Below are positions 1 through 12,260 of a DNA stretch of 64,000 nt, piece after piece; the first letter of the stretch is position 1, and the number at the start of each line of letters is the position of its first letter. Position numbers and translations under genes: made by a program. The stretch is from Strigamia acuminata (lineage: Eukaryota): NCBI GenBank assembly GCA_949358305.1, contig OX442314.1:16864001-16928000 (forward strand), in the 5' to 3' direction. The notes under the pieces were generated by a model. The model was not told the DNA's origin and did not search any database. It was given only the letters and a program-made list of their open reading frames with translations.

Positions 1-2
1 GC

Positions 3-209
3 CAAAATGGCAAGAAAAAGTGTATTACGGAAAAAGAAACATCGATGAAATATCAGGAAACACTGTTGATATTAATCGATCGTTACGAAAGTAAAAAGTT
101 TGAAAATTCGGTGCTCAAGGATCAACGTCACATTGAAAGAGTGAGTTACGTAGAAGCCAGGAAACGATTAGTAAAGGACAAAATCGAAGCTGAAATCACA
201 CAATTCTAG
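3..209 (+). CDS. Possible 3' end of a gene entering from the left (QNGKKKCITEK...KIEAEITQF*)
   Basis: Open frame from the window edge to TAG at 207-209, followed by AT-rich sequence; no recognisable motif. Confidence 0.3.
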   Translation, partial: QNGKKKCITEKETSMKYQETLLILIDRYESKKFENSVLKDQRHIERVSYVEARKRLVKDKIEAEITQF

Positions 210-413
210 CTTTAGTAACAATAATAATAGGAATATATTTATTTTAAAAATGCTAATAAAAATTCTACAATCACCACAACTACTCTGTATAACCGATATA
301 ACTGATTTGAGATAATGAAACAAGCATATATGGAATTGTCCAACATTCTGTCTGAATATGAGAAGAAAAATATTATATTTTTAGCAATCCAATACCTTTT
401 GCCAGTGAGTTGT

Positions 414-1130
414 TTATTGTACGTTTTGTGTTTCACATTGAGAAAGACCAGTGCTAGTCGATGCCAATGTGTGAGTTTTCAGGTGCTGCGTTAAATTATC
501 GTTGCGCACATATGTTTTGGTACACACTGGACACGCAAAATGTTTTCCTTTTGTGTGGACGTTCATGTGACGATATAACTTGTCGGAGCGCGTGAAACGT
601 TTTTCACACAGCGGCCATTGGCAAGCAAAGGGCCTTTCGCCAGTGTGGCTACGAATGTGCGCTTTCAAATGCCACGACTTTCGAAAACCTTTTTTACAGT
701 CGTCCATGTGGCAATAATATAGTTTGTGGGTTGCAGGTTTCGTTTCACACTTTCCAACTCCGTTTGGCGATCCCACGTTCCATTCTGGCACTGCGTGGGT
801 GCCCGTTACGGCAAATGTACTTTCGTTTGTGGAAGATGATGATGATACGGGAAAACGATTGAGTGTAGAGTTCGCGCACGATTGTCCTTTAACTGTGTGG
901 ATTATGTCGATGTGATTACTTAGTTCGTCAGCCGTTGGAAACTCCTTTCCACAAAAAACCCAGTCACAAATGAAAGGCGCATTTTTTCCGGGAGGTGTCG
1001 TTTTTTTCACTTTACTTTTGTTCGGAAGTTTGCTTGTCCGTGGGTTGGGATAAAATGTGTACGATTCGGGCATGTCGGTCATTTTTAAAGCAGACAAGTG
1101 ATCCTTTAAAGCCGCTTGTAAAATGTTCAT
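414..1130 (-). CDS. Divergent Sp/KLF-like C2H2 zinc-finger transcription factor (1+3 fingers)
   Basis: Uninterrupted 238-aa ORF. C-terminal triple finger CHMDDC..HLKAHIRSHTGERPFACQWPLCEKRFTRSD..H..H..FACPVC..H..H has Sp/KLF spacing (Cx4C, Cx4C, Cx2C). An extra isolated finger PFICDWVFCGKEF..H...H lies upstream. Probable 5'UTR intron 1148-1230. Confidence 0.8.
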   Translation of the reverse strand: MNILQAALKDHLSALKMTDMPESYTFYPNPRTSKLPNKSKVKKTTPPGKNAPFICDWVFCGKEFPTADELSNHIDIIHTVKGQSCANSTLNRFPVSSSSSTNESTFAVTGTHAVPEWNVGSPNGVGKCETKPATHKLYYCHMDDCKKGFRKSWHLKAHIRSHTGERPFACQWPLCEKRFTRSDKLYRHMNVHTKGKHFACPVCTKTYVRNDNLTQHLKTHTLASTSTGLSQCETQNVQ

Positions 1131-1628
1131 ATGGTTCCGGACATTTCCTAAAGAGTAGAGGGGAAAAAATATCGAGATAAACGTTAATTTTTTGTGTTTT
1201 TGTTTGTTGAGTGTGATTTTTCGATCGTACCTACGTTGAATAGCTCCCTTTGATGTCTCAAATCACAACAGCCATGATTTTGTTTTGTTTGGTGGGCGAA
1301 ACACGATATACCGAAGTACAAATATCGGATACACAATTGGACTGGAATTAGTCTGGAACAAATGCGCAAAAAGAATAGAATTTGAAGAAAAAAATCGTGT
1401 TTTTATTTCTAAATCGATTTATTTAAATGAACATGAAATAATTATTTATGATTACAACAGTTTAAAAAGCATAATATGTTACGTCATATCAACTTAGTTC
1501 CAACAAAATGCGTAGATATTACGTATTTCGATTAACCAATCACAGAGCATTGTTTTTGTTTCTCTTTCTTGTCACAGAATATATTCTGGAGAACATGCTT
1601 CAATTTTGCATTCAGATTTAAAAAGAAG

Positions 1629-4600
1629 ATGACATCTATCATTAAACTTCAACCATTGTCCGGTGTTTTTGATGAATCGCCACATTGTTACATTTGTCAA
1701 GTGGACGAATTTCGGTTTCTTCTCGACTGCGGTTGGGACGAAAAATTTAGTCCTCAATTCATGAAAGAATTCAAAAAGTTCGTTTGATTTTATCAGGCAA
1801 ATGCATAACATAACAAACGTGTCTTATTATTGTTTTTGTTGTTTTAGGCATATCCACACCATCGACGCAGTTTTACTATCGTATCCAGATTATTATCATT
1901 TAGGTGCTTTGCCGTACGCAGTCGGTAAATTAGGATTAACATGTCCTATCTTCGCAACCATTCCCGTATACAAGATGGGTCAAATGTTCATGTACGATCT
2001 GTACCAGGTACAATTTCACACGCGGCACACAAATCAATCATGACTAGTTTATTAATGTATTTGTATTTATTTATTTAGTCGAGACATAATTCGGAAGAAT
2101 TTGATTTATTCACTCTAGACGATGTAGATGCTGCATTTGATAAAATCATTCAGTTAAAATACAATCAAAGTGTCAGTTTGAAAGGTAATTCGGTGTTTTT
2201 TATTGCTAATTTGTTGTTATTTCTAAAAATTGAATTAATTTCAGGGAAAGGACATGGTTTAACGATAACACCTTTAATGGCTGGTCACATGATTGGGGGT
2301 ACTATTTGGAGAATAGTCAAAGATGGTGAGGAAGACATCGTTTATGCGGTTGACTACAACCACAAAAAAGAACGGTAAATATTCAATAACGACACGTTTG
2401 GACTTGATAAGAAAATTAATACAATAATTTAATTTAGGCATTTAAATGGCTGTGTATTGGAAACAATATCCCGGCCATCGCTCTTAATCACTGACGCTTT
2501 CAATACAAATTATAATCAATCACGGCGGCGGCAGCGAGACGAACAATTAATGAGTGAGTATTAATGTGAAAAAAATAAGTTTTGAAACTGAAGTAAAACG
2601 TTTTTATTTTTTTGTTTATTTCAGCTAATATTCTTCAAACGTTGCGTAATGGGGGAAATGTATTAGTTGCTGTTGATACAGCCGGCCGTGTTCTTGAGTT
2701 GGCACATATGGTGGTCAGTAGATTGCATTGGTTTATAGATTTTAAACGTGATTTCATTTGTTTTGGTTTTTAAATTTTATTTTAGGATCAGTTATGGCGA
2801 AATCAAGACTCCGGTCTTTTAGCTTATTCGTTGGCACTGCTGAATAATGTCAGCTATAACGTTGTCGAGTTTGCGAAATCTCAAGTCGAATGGATGAGCG
2901 ATAAAATCATGCGATCATTTGAAGGCGCTCGTAGTAATCCGTTTCAATTTAAACACCTTCAGTTGTGTCACAGCTTAGCAGAATTATCACGAGTTCCTGA
3001 CCCAAAAGTTTGTTGTTTATTTTTGAATATATCGTTGCGTGCGCGGCTTTAACATTTCAATTATATCGCAGGTTGTACTGGCTTCCAGTCCCGACTTGGA
3101 ATGTGGGTTTTCGCGCGATCTTTTTCTACAATGGAGTTCGAATCCAAAAAATAGTGTAATCCTAACAACAAGGACATGTCCCGGCACTCTAGCCAGACGT
3201 CTAATAGATAATCCAGCAATGAGAACTCTTTCATTAGAGGTATTTTGTTCGTATTTTACTCAGTTTCAATAAATTGTTAATAATTGTTTTGTTTTTAGAT
3301 AAGGAAAAGAGTTCGACTTGAATCAACCGAATTAGAAGAATACTTAAGACGAGGAAAAGAAAAGGAGGATTCGACTAAAAAAGGAGACAAGAGGTAAAAT
3401 GAACAAAGCTTAATTTGTATTTAAGATTTTACGATTACATATTTTAACTATTTATCATAGTGAGGTCGTAGATTCGAGCGAAGAAAGTGATGATGACATG
3501 GATATAGAAAACCAACCGGTTGGAAAAGCAAAACATGACTTAATGATGAAAAACGAAGGGAAATCGCGAGGTGGTTTCTTTAAGCAAGCCAAAAAGTCGT
3601 ACCCAATGTTTCCATTTCATGAGGAAAAGATTAGATGGGACGATTATGGTGAAATTATAAAGTAAGTGTTTTAAAGAAGAAAAAAAATTGAATATAAACT
3701 TAATTAAATAATGATATTCGTAGACCGGAAGATTTTTTAATTATGGAATTCAATCCTGCGGAAGAGGAGACAAAAGATAAAACCGAAGAAGCGAATGAGG
3801 AAATAGCGGGTGAGCAAAATCAATCAATTTTTAATTCCATTCATCGTTTATAATTTGGTCGTTAATATATTTTTTTAGACATATCTGAAGTACCCACCAA
3901 ATGTGTCCGCTCGCAACAGACGATCGATATCAACTGTTCGGTTCAATTCATTGACTTCGAAGGAAGATCAGATGGCGAATCCATTCGGAAAATAATTTCG
4001 TTAATAAAACCTCGCAGATTGGTAGTGGTTCGAGGATCTCTCGATGCTACCCACTCACTCGCGTCGTATTGCAGCTCAGCAGTTCAGGGGAAAATATTTA
4101 CACCGCAATTACTCGAGTGTATTGACGCAACAACTGAAAGCCACATCTATCAAGTATTTTTATCGCATTTGGAATTGTTGATATTGTATTAAACGTTGTG
4201 TTTTCTTAAATATCAGGTTCGATTGAAAGATTTTCTAGTAAGTTCTTTGGAATTTTCACGAGCCAAAGATGCGGAATTGGCTTGGGTCGATGGGGAAATC
4301 CGAATCGATGAAGACGAAACTTTAGTCGACATTAGACCACAAAACGAAAACAGCACACCTATGGAAGAGACTGATGATGACGAACTGAAAAAAGACAAAA
4401 GAACCAACGAAAGGATTCCAACACTGGAACCGTTGCCAATTAATGACGTATGTGTTGGGTTATTTTTATTTTCTGAAAAGTTTTAATTTTAAATTTTCTT
4501 TGTATTATTTAACAGATTTCAGACCATTCTACAGTGTTTGTAAATGAACTGAAGTTATCCGATTTTAAGCAAGTTTTAATCCGCGCTGGAATTCATGCCG

Positions 4601-4807
4601 AGTTTTCAGCTGGTGTTTTATATTGTAATAATGGCTTAGTTGCAGTCAGACGGGTAAGTCTTATTATTATCTCTTACTGATGATGTTTTCTAACATTTTT
4701 TTTTGTTATTTTAGAACGAAGCCGGTCGCATTAATCTAGAGGGTTGTTTGTGCGAGGACTACTTTAGAATTCGCGAATTGTTATACGAACAATATGCTAT
4801 AGTTTAA
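1629..4807 (+). CDS. CPSF2: Cleavage and polyadenylation specificity factor subunit 2 (CPSF100), multi-exon
   Basis: Spliced translation MTSIIKL...[65 protein letters not shown], ending [12 protein letters not shown] (TAA 4805-4807); GT-AG introns; AATAAA 4815-4820. Confidence 0.96.
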
Positions 4808-5810
4808 TAATAATAATAAAAGTCATTTTAAACAAATTTATTTCAAATTTTATTCCCCATGAAAAGCTGGCAAGTCAATTCAAAAATGTATTTGTTCCAA
4901 ATTTGGTAGGTAATGAGGGCTAAATGTATAATACTGTGTAGCGCCGTCCGGACAGGTTCAGAGGTCCCCTCCTACAATCAAGCAATGTTAAATCTCCTCT
5001 CCCATCCGGACAACTTTCTGGGACCCGTCCTACTTCCGGGCTACACAGAGTACACACTGTATCTAAATTTCTTGCAAGTCCAAACTCGTGATTAACATTC
5101 TCTATTCCTTTACTGAACATCCATTACAAATGTTCAAAGCAGGTACAAAATCTTTTGCATTGTATTGTGTAATTTTTGATTTTCTTATAGACAGACAAAA
5201 ACACGTGTTGGCAGTTGTTAACAACAAAATACGGCAGATAAAATTTGAGATGTATTTAGCGAAAAATTATCATTGCTCTAACATTTATCAACTATTTTTA
5301 CAATACAAGTCATGCATGCTAGGAAGTACTGTTTAGAAGCAGTTTAACAAATCAAAAAAAAATATCTAAAATGTATGGAATTAGCAGATAGTAATCCTCG
5401 CATCAATTCGGTAACAATCCGAGTATCAGGCACACACTTAAGTAATTTATTTCCTTTGGAGATAGATCTGAAAATGAAAACAGTATCGCTTTATCACTTT
5501 CTGGGAAGTGTGCAAACATGACCTTTTATGTATCGTCTGGAAAAGGAGAAAATAATTACATACACTTTCTTTCCGGATTGAATTTTCTTGATAATTTATT
5601 TATACATTTTAGAAAAAGAAAAGAAATATTTTTTCTATTTTCTTTTAAATTTTGACAACACTATAAACACTGGTATAACTCTGACAAGTCTAAAATCATG
5701 AACATCTACAACAAAATCAATTTACACCATAATTTGTTTAAAATCTCAATTCAAGATCAACTTCCCTAAATGCCGTCATTTTGAATCCATTCTTGATTAC
5801 TTACATCTGA

Positions 5811-8800
5811 TTAGAGATCAATTAGCATTGACCGCGGGTCTTCCACAGCCGATTTAATTTTCTTTAGAAACGTGACCGCTTCTCGCCCATCGATTAATCG
5901 ATGGTCGTAAGTCAAAGCCACATACATCATTGGACGAATCACGATCTAAAATAACAAAATCATATTAATATCGACTCTCACACTTACAAACCTCAATTTT
6001 ACCTGTCCCTTAATAGCTACGGGTCGTTCGAATATAGCGTGCATTCCCAAAATTGCTGATTGCGGGGGATTTATGATCGGTGTTCCAAACATCGAGCCGA
6101 AAACTCCACCGTTGCTGATGGTAAATGTGCCACCATCCATATCTTCAATAGCCAAACTACCAGTACGAGCCTAAGAAACAAACATCAAAGCCGTGTGCAC
6201 TTTGGCTCTCAATTTTACCTCTACCTTTTCACCTAGTGCCACTGTTGCTCTTTCAACATCAACAAAATTCATCGTTTCTACATTGCGCAGCACGGGCACC
6301 ACGAGACCTTTAGGTGTTGCAACAGCCACACTAATATCTATATAGTCGCGATAAACTATTTCTTGTCCGTCGATTACTGAAAAAAACAACGTTTTCAATT
6401 TTAACCAAGCAAATCCTTCCAACTTTATTACCTGCATTGACAATTGGTTGCTCTTTAAGCGCGTAAGCTGAAGCCACAACAAAACAAGACATAAAACCCA
6501 ATTTAATTCCATGCTTTTTTTGAAATTCCGTCTGAACAGACTTGCGTAAGTCGGCAATATTGCTAAAAAAAAAAAAAACAGTGTTAAAAATAATTAAAAT
6601 AATTGTGGGAACGGAAAGATTGAACTTTAAATAATTAATTAATTACCTCATGTCGACTTCATTAAACGTGGTTAGCATTGCATTCGTATTTTGAGCTTCC
6701 TTTAATCGTTGCGCGATTCGTAATCTCATGCGATTCATTTTCACCCGCTGTTCCGTTCGAGTTCCCGTAATTTTCGACGAGGGATCAGCACCCACCGCTG
6801 ACGACGGCGGTGCGGCTGGAATGGGCCGAACTGCTGCGACTGGTGTTGCTGTCATAGGTGCAGCCGGGGGTGGTGAAGGTGGCATTGGCCGAGCCGGGGC
6901 AGCCGGAGCTGATGGCGGCGGCGGCGGCGGTGGTGGCGGGGGTTTAGGAGCGGCCGCTGCTGCCGGTTTAGCAGCAGGTTTAGCTGCAGGTGCAGCACCT
7001 TTCGAACAAACCAAACAATTTATCAACAAATCATATTTAATTACACTTTTTTCTTCCACAATAATTACCACCAGAAGCACCAACTTTTAACTTAAACAGA
7101 GCTTGCCCTGGTTTGACAGTGGTGCCGTCTGCTATCAACAACTCTTCTATCACTCCAGCAGCAGGCGCTATGACTGGAATCGAAGTCTAAGCAAACAACA
7201 AACAAAAGAAATAAAAAAAATAATTAATTAATTAATTGCCATTTAGTTTTGAAAGATCGACTAAATACTGCTGATTAAAAATAATTGAAAAACCAATTTA
7301 AAATTTTATTTTATAGAAATAAAAAAAAAAAATAATTATAAAGAATATGATCCGTAAAAAAAACTCGTAAAATGGTATCATACTTCTTTTCTATTTACCA
7401 CGACCTAGCTATCGTATATCAAATGAAGGAGTGTGTCCAGGTGTTTTCAAGTAGGACAGATGTTGCCGAAGAAAAGAAGCGTGTCTAAGAAAACATCTGT
7501 TCTTTCAATAGCTTTCTTCGGCCGCGTCCCGTTATAAAGCCTTCTTAGACCCTCCTTCCCACCCCTGAAATATAATTTTTCCTTGGCGAAAAAAATGCTA
7601 TTTACATCCTAAAAGATGTTAAATCAAATTTATTGCCGTCTAATTATATTGCCTTTAAATTACCATTAATGAAACTTCAAATAACTGGAATTAATCTGCC
7701 AATTTTTTTGCCTCCACTTCCCTCTCTAAATGATAGCAGGGTCAATCCATTGCCAGACTGCTTACATTTTAAGATATCATATCATTCTTTTGGGTGTGGA
7801 CACACAGTTGCACATAATGTAATTATTAATACAATATCTCATGACAAATGTCCAGGGACAAATTTCCGCTTCCAAAAAAAATATATAAAACGAAAAAAAG
7901 ATGAAGCTGTAGGGACAGTGCGCATAAACTAACTACCCTTTCATTATAAAATTACTTTCCTTAATATGGGTTTGGTAAGCAGTATTAAAAAGCCCCTGAC
8001 AAGCTCGTGAATCAAGAAATCGATATACACAACCTCATCTTACACCGAGGTCCAACCAAACTCATATACTAATCAAAAAACATCACCAAGTGAAAATGGA
8101 CTTGTCGTAATTAAGTTTCCTTCTATTTTTCATACGCTTGACAGCTGGGGGCCGGCCTTTCTTCGCTACTAACTCATCATAACACATCTAGTTCTATCTA
8201 CTTTCAGACAAATGAGACGCGCAATAGCACTTTTTTATTAACCCTTTTCAATTTCTTTCGAAATGAGTTTTGAATTGTGTTTGAGTTTCACCTTTTGGCA
8301 AAAAGCGATATTTTTAAAAGGTCAGTTTAAAAAACGACTGCAGTCAGTGTGTTTATGGGGTAGTTAGGTGCCATTTTACATATGCGCTTATGTCTTATCA
8401 CGAGCGCTTTAGCACTGTTCAATGTAGCGAGCGTCTCCTAAACCCCTTATTCATTAATTAAAGTTATAACGCACTGCTAATTAAAAGATCCGACTTATCT
8501 CGCTCGTGGTCTCTGACAGATAAATGGCGGCACACAGGCCGCTGATAAATTGCCAACTTTGTACGATTCAGTGAAGGCCTGACACGACGTTGGGAATATT
8601 GCTGCCTGATTTACAGGTAAACGGCGCTGTTAATTTGCGTACAGTGCCAAGCTTTATAATATTTCCGTGGTTGTACTGGACTGGGCGCTGGTCTTGGACA
8701 ATTACGCGAGCTCTGCTATAATAAAAGAAGTAATTAAGCAAGTTGCAAAGTTAGCGGGGATTTTCATATTTTCTTCAAATTACGACCGATATTAAAATAA

Positions 8801-11800
8801 GATTTACAATCTCCATGTGCCACCTTATACAACAATGGCCGCCCTGATAAAAGGATTGCTTGCGTCAAATACCTAAGAAAGCAAATTAAATCCCACTGCT
8901 TTTCTAATATTTTCCCAGCTTTTCACACTTTCCCCACCTCACATTCCAACTTCATTTTAACATTTTTCTAAGTCAAATTTAATTCACTCACTTTATCAGT
9001 TTCAATCTCCGCCACCACATCGTCTTCTTTCACGGCATCACCAACAGCTAGAACGAGCGCGAAAATAACATATCTTATTATTATTATTGTTTATTATTTA
9101 CAAACACTTGTAATCCCAATCAAAATAAAAACAAAAAAAAACCAGACGTTGTTGAGAACGGACGCAATCTTTTCTTTTAGTGGCGTAGTGTGTCAACTTT
9201 CATTTTATCCACGCCGTTACATCAACATCTGCGCAACTAAAATGTCCCTCAAAGTGACTCCTAATCCAATTGGCGCAGTTGTAAAAATTGAGCCGCAAAG
9301 ACTAAGGCAGCCATCTGCAGAAATTTTTTTTTATTTACAGTTGCAGCACTTAAGAGGTCGCCCAATCTTTCGCTCCATCACCAAAATTGCCGCCATAACT
9401 CTCTAGTTAGGCAAAACAAACAAAGCTTTAATATCTCGCCCGTTCGCGATCGCGACGCATTTCTGTTTCTTTCGATATTTATAATTATTAGACTGTCTAT
9501 TTCAAGTGTTTCATCAGTTTAGCAAATGACATGCAATGATCCGGTTGTAAATGTTACCGCGAGCCATATTGAGTGCACTGGTCGAGGATACGCTACTTCG
9601 TCCGTGGTGAGCTGGATTACAGGTTGCACGACTAATCCCCTCCTCCCCCCTTTGATTAGTGGTCTTTGCTGCTTGGTTTCACTGCTCGCATTATTCTAAC
9701 GTACACGTACACGTAGTAGCGAGCGCAAGAATCATTACAAAAGGGGTTAAGTTAAGAGTAAATTATATAATCTATTAATCTATCAAGTAAACTAATCCGC
9801 TGCTCAAATCTCGTGTCGAGCGATTTTTATGGGCATTGAGCGGGTGAAACCCTTTTAAGTTTTAATTATGTGTTTAGAGAAAAATCGTGCTAATTAATTT
9901 TATACATTTTTCCACTTTAGCTCCGAAAATGCTCTTTCAACCTTTGCCACTATCATCACCGTATATAACGTTCGCACTCAATACCAGCTGTTCGGATCTG
10001 TAATTGTGTCAATTATCCAAAATCGTCACTCTACTCATTCAAATTGCTACCAAAATTATTGACATTATCCGAACTTCGATATTGATAATATGATAATATT
10101 TCAACTCCAATTAATGATTATTTAGTAAATGATTATTTAGTAAATATTTTTTTTAAATATTTCTTTATATTTAAATTTTTGGTTATTTTAACTAAGCAAT
10201 TAGTGCATATCAATAAGCTATAAACCACTTTATTGCTCATTGTAAATATATAATTGTTTTACCACTCGCAGGAGTGAAGGGGTGAACGAAGTACACGAGA
10301 TTAGATGGAACAAATTGATTAAATTTGGTTTTTTTCATATTAACCCAAAAAAAAATTCTTTTTTTTTTCTAAATGAACTCCCTCTAGTGGCTACTGTTAT
10401 TACCTTTTTCCCACTTCAGATCGCCCTCAGAGATGGAGTCGGCAAACGGTGGCACATTCACGGTCCTGGACTCCTGAACTGAAATTTAAAATGAGGGAAA
10501 AAAATGTGATGAATCTGATTAAATTACAAAATTTTTTGGCCGTAGAGATTTTTTTTTTTGCCCTAAGTACTTTGACCACTATCGAAAAATTCTCCAAGAT
10601 AAATTCTTGGTTCAAAATTAAATCGTTTATTTTAAGATTAATACTTACATTGCCGTGGGCTCGTTTGAAAGCTCCGGTTATTGCGAATTTCGGAGAAATT
10701 GGTAAACAGCACATTGCAGCTGCAAAATTAATAAATTAAATTTGTTTTAAAAAAAATTTTATAAACAAAAATTTTAGCAATTAATATATATTTATTGAAG
10801 GCTAACAACTGCAGTTGCAAATAATAAAAGTTTCAAATTCTTGCGATTCCCCTCCAAATTCGAATCGCAGAGATGAACAAAAGGAATCCAATATATGAAT
10901 TCACGCAAGAATGGTCATTTTTCAAACATGTCATCATCAATCTTGAGAATTTAAATTATTCTCAGCTATCTGGAGGTCGAATTTGAGGCTAATATACCTA
11001 AAGTGTTTGAACTTCTGAAAGAATGTGATGTTGTCGAATTTATTTTCACTGCTTAATGGAATTGCAAAACTTATTTCCGCTGCATCACATTCTTAAAATT
11101 GTTTCTATATCCTGTGTACATTCAAGAAATAATGGATATTGATAACAGAACAGACCAAACTTTTTGTGTATCATCACAAAACGTTTTTCTTTTCTTTACC
11201 AATCACAAAAAAACGTATGAAATGTACGAAATAAATCAAAACACTTTTTGAATCAATCTAAACTTTTACCTTTTTCCTGATTCAAGTAAACACGGGGATG
11301 TCGTCCTTAATTCTTTGCGCTCCTGTCCTGAAACACATAAAATCCAATTAATGAAATTGTAAAAATTAAAATAATTTATGGGTTGTTTGGCCTTTAGATA
11401 TAAACTTACCTGATGCACTTATACTTCTAGTGAAGGTTGTTTGTCCTGTCTGGAAGAAAACAATCGTGACATAATTATTGCACACAATATTTTATTTTAT
11501 TTCAATCAACATTTTAATGAGTGATAAATAAATAAATCTGCGGGATGTTTCTGGGTAAAAATCTACTGTTTACGTAAGGATAATTACACCTCTTGGAATT
11601 ATATTTAGAGATATTCTTTCGCTCTAATTAATTAGCTTCGTATTTCTGTACGTGTGACGTAAGATGTGCGAGTAATGTGCGATTTGGAAAGATGTTTTAA
11701 TTAAAACCACACCTATTTCTGAGGAAATAAATGAAATAAGATGCATGAATTGAGCTTGCCAAGGCTTAGGCTTAGCAATTTTCCTCATTTTTGGTCCAAG

Positions 11801-11956
11801 CTGCAGCCATTATCTCAAGAAACAAGATTGAAGACATTGTTCCGGGTTTTTAATCGACTTTAAATTTACCTTGAAATCATTGGTGACATGGTGAACGTAA
11901 TATCGGCTAACATTTCGGGATACGGACCGAGATAGAGAAATGATCATGGCCGCCAT
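5811..11956 (-). CDS. DLST: Dihydrolipoyllysine-residue succinyltransferase (E2 of 2-oxoglutarate dehydrogenase), mitochondrial
   Basis: Exons 11956-11870, 11449-11410, 11327-11270, 10719-10649, 10478-10404, 9047-8992 and 7186-7081, then the catalytic exons, join in frame. They give a presequence, lipoyl domain ([21 protein letters not shown]), Pro/Ala linker, [41 protein letters not shown] and [18 protein letters not shown] at 5813-5811. Confidence 0.96.
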
Positions 11957-12260
11957 TGAGTTGAGACGGAAGAGATTTGCGCATGCTCAGCAATTAAACT
12001 CCATCTTGCTCTCCTACCCTGGCTCAATTCAATGACGTCATACTTTGTGTATCTACACGAGCGGTAAGATTTAAAATTATGACGCAACGAAGACAATCAG
12101 ATAGAGGGTAAGAATTGGAGTCATGTGGCCCAGTAAAGATAGGTTAACGTGGCTTGTTGTAGCCTGTCTACACGGCAGCTTCTCCGTAGTTTGAGCGCCG
12201 CGAGTCGGCCGCGAGTCAGATCGACCGTGCAAGCTTCGAGGAACTTGGAAATGCGAGGTA
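11957..12260. promoter_or_regulatory. DLST promoter, probably bidirectional toward prospero
   Basis: NRF1/Ewg-like TGCGCATGCTC at ~11978; CRE palindrome ATGACGTCAT at 12032-12041; CpG-rich patch ending in a + strand donor GAG|GTATTT at 12258. Confidence 0.5.

Noticed and set aside
6728..7090. 120-aa Gly/Ala-rich + strand ORF
   Set aside because: Antisense shadow of the DLST Pro/Ala linker exon.
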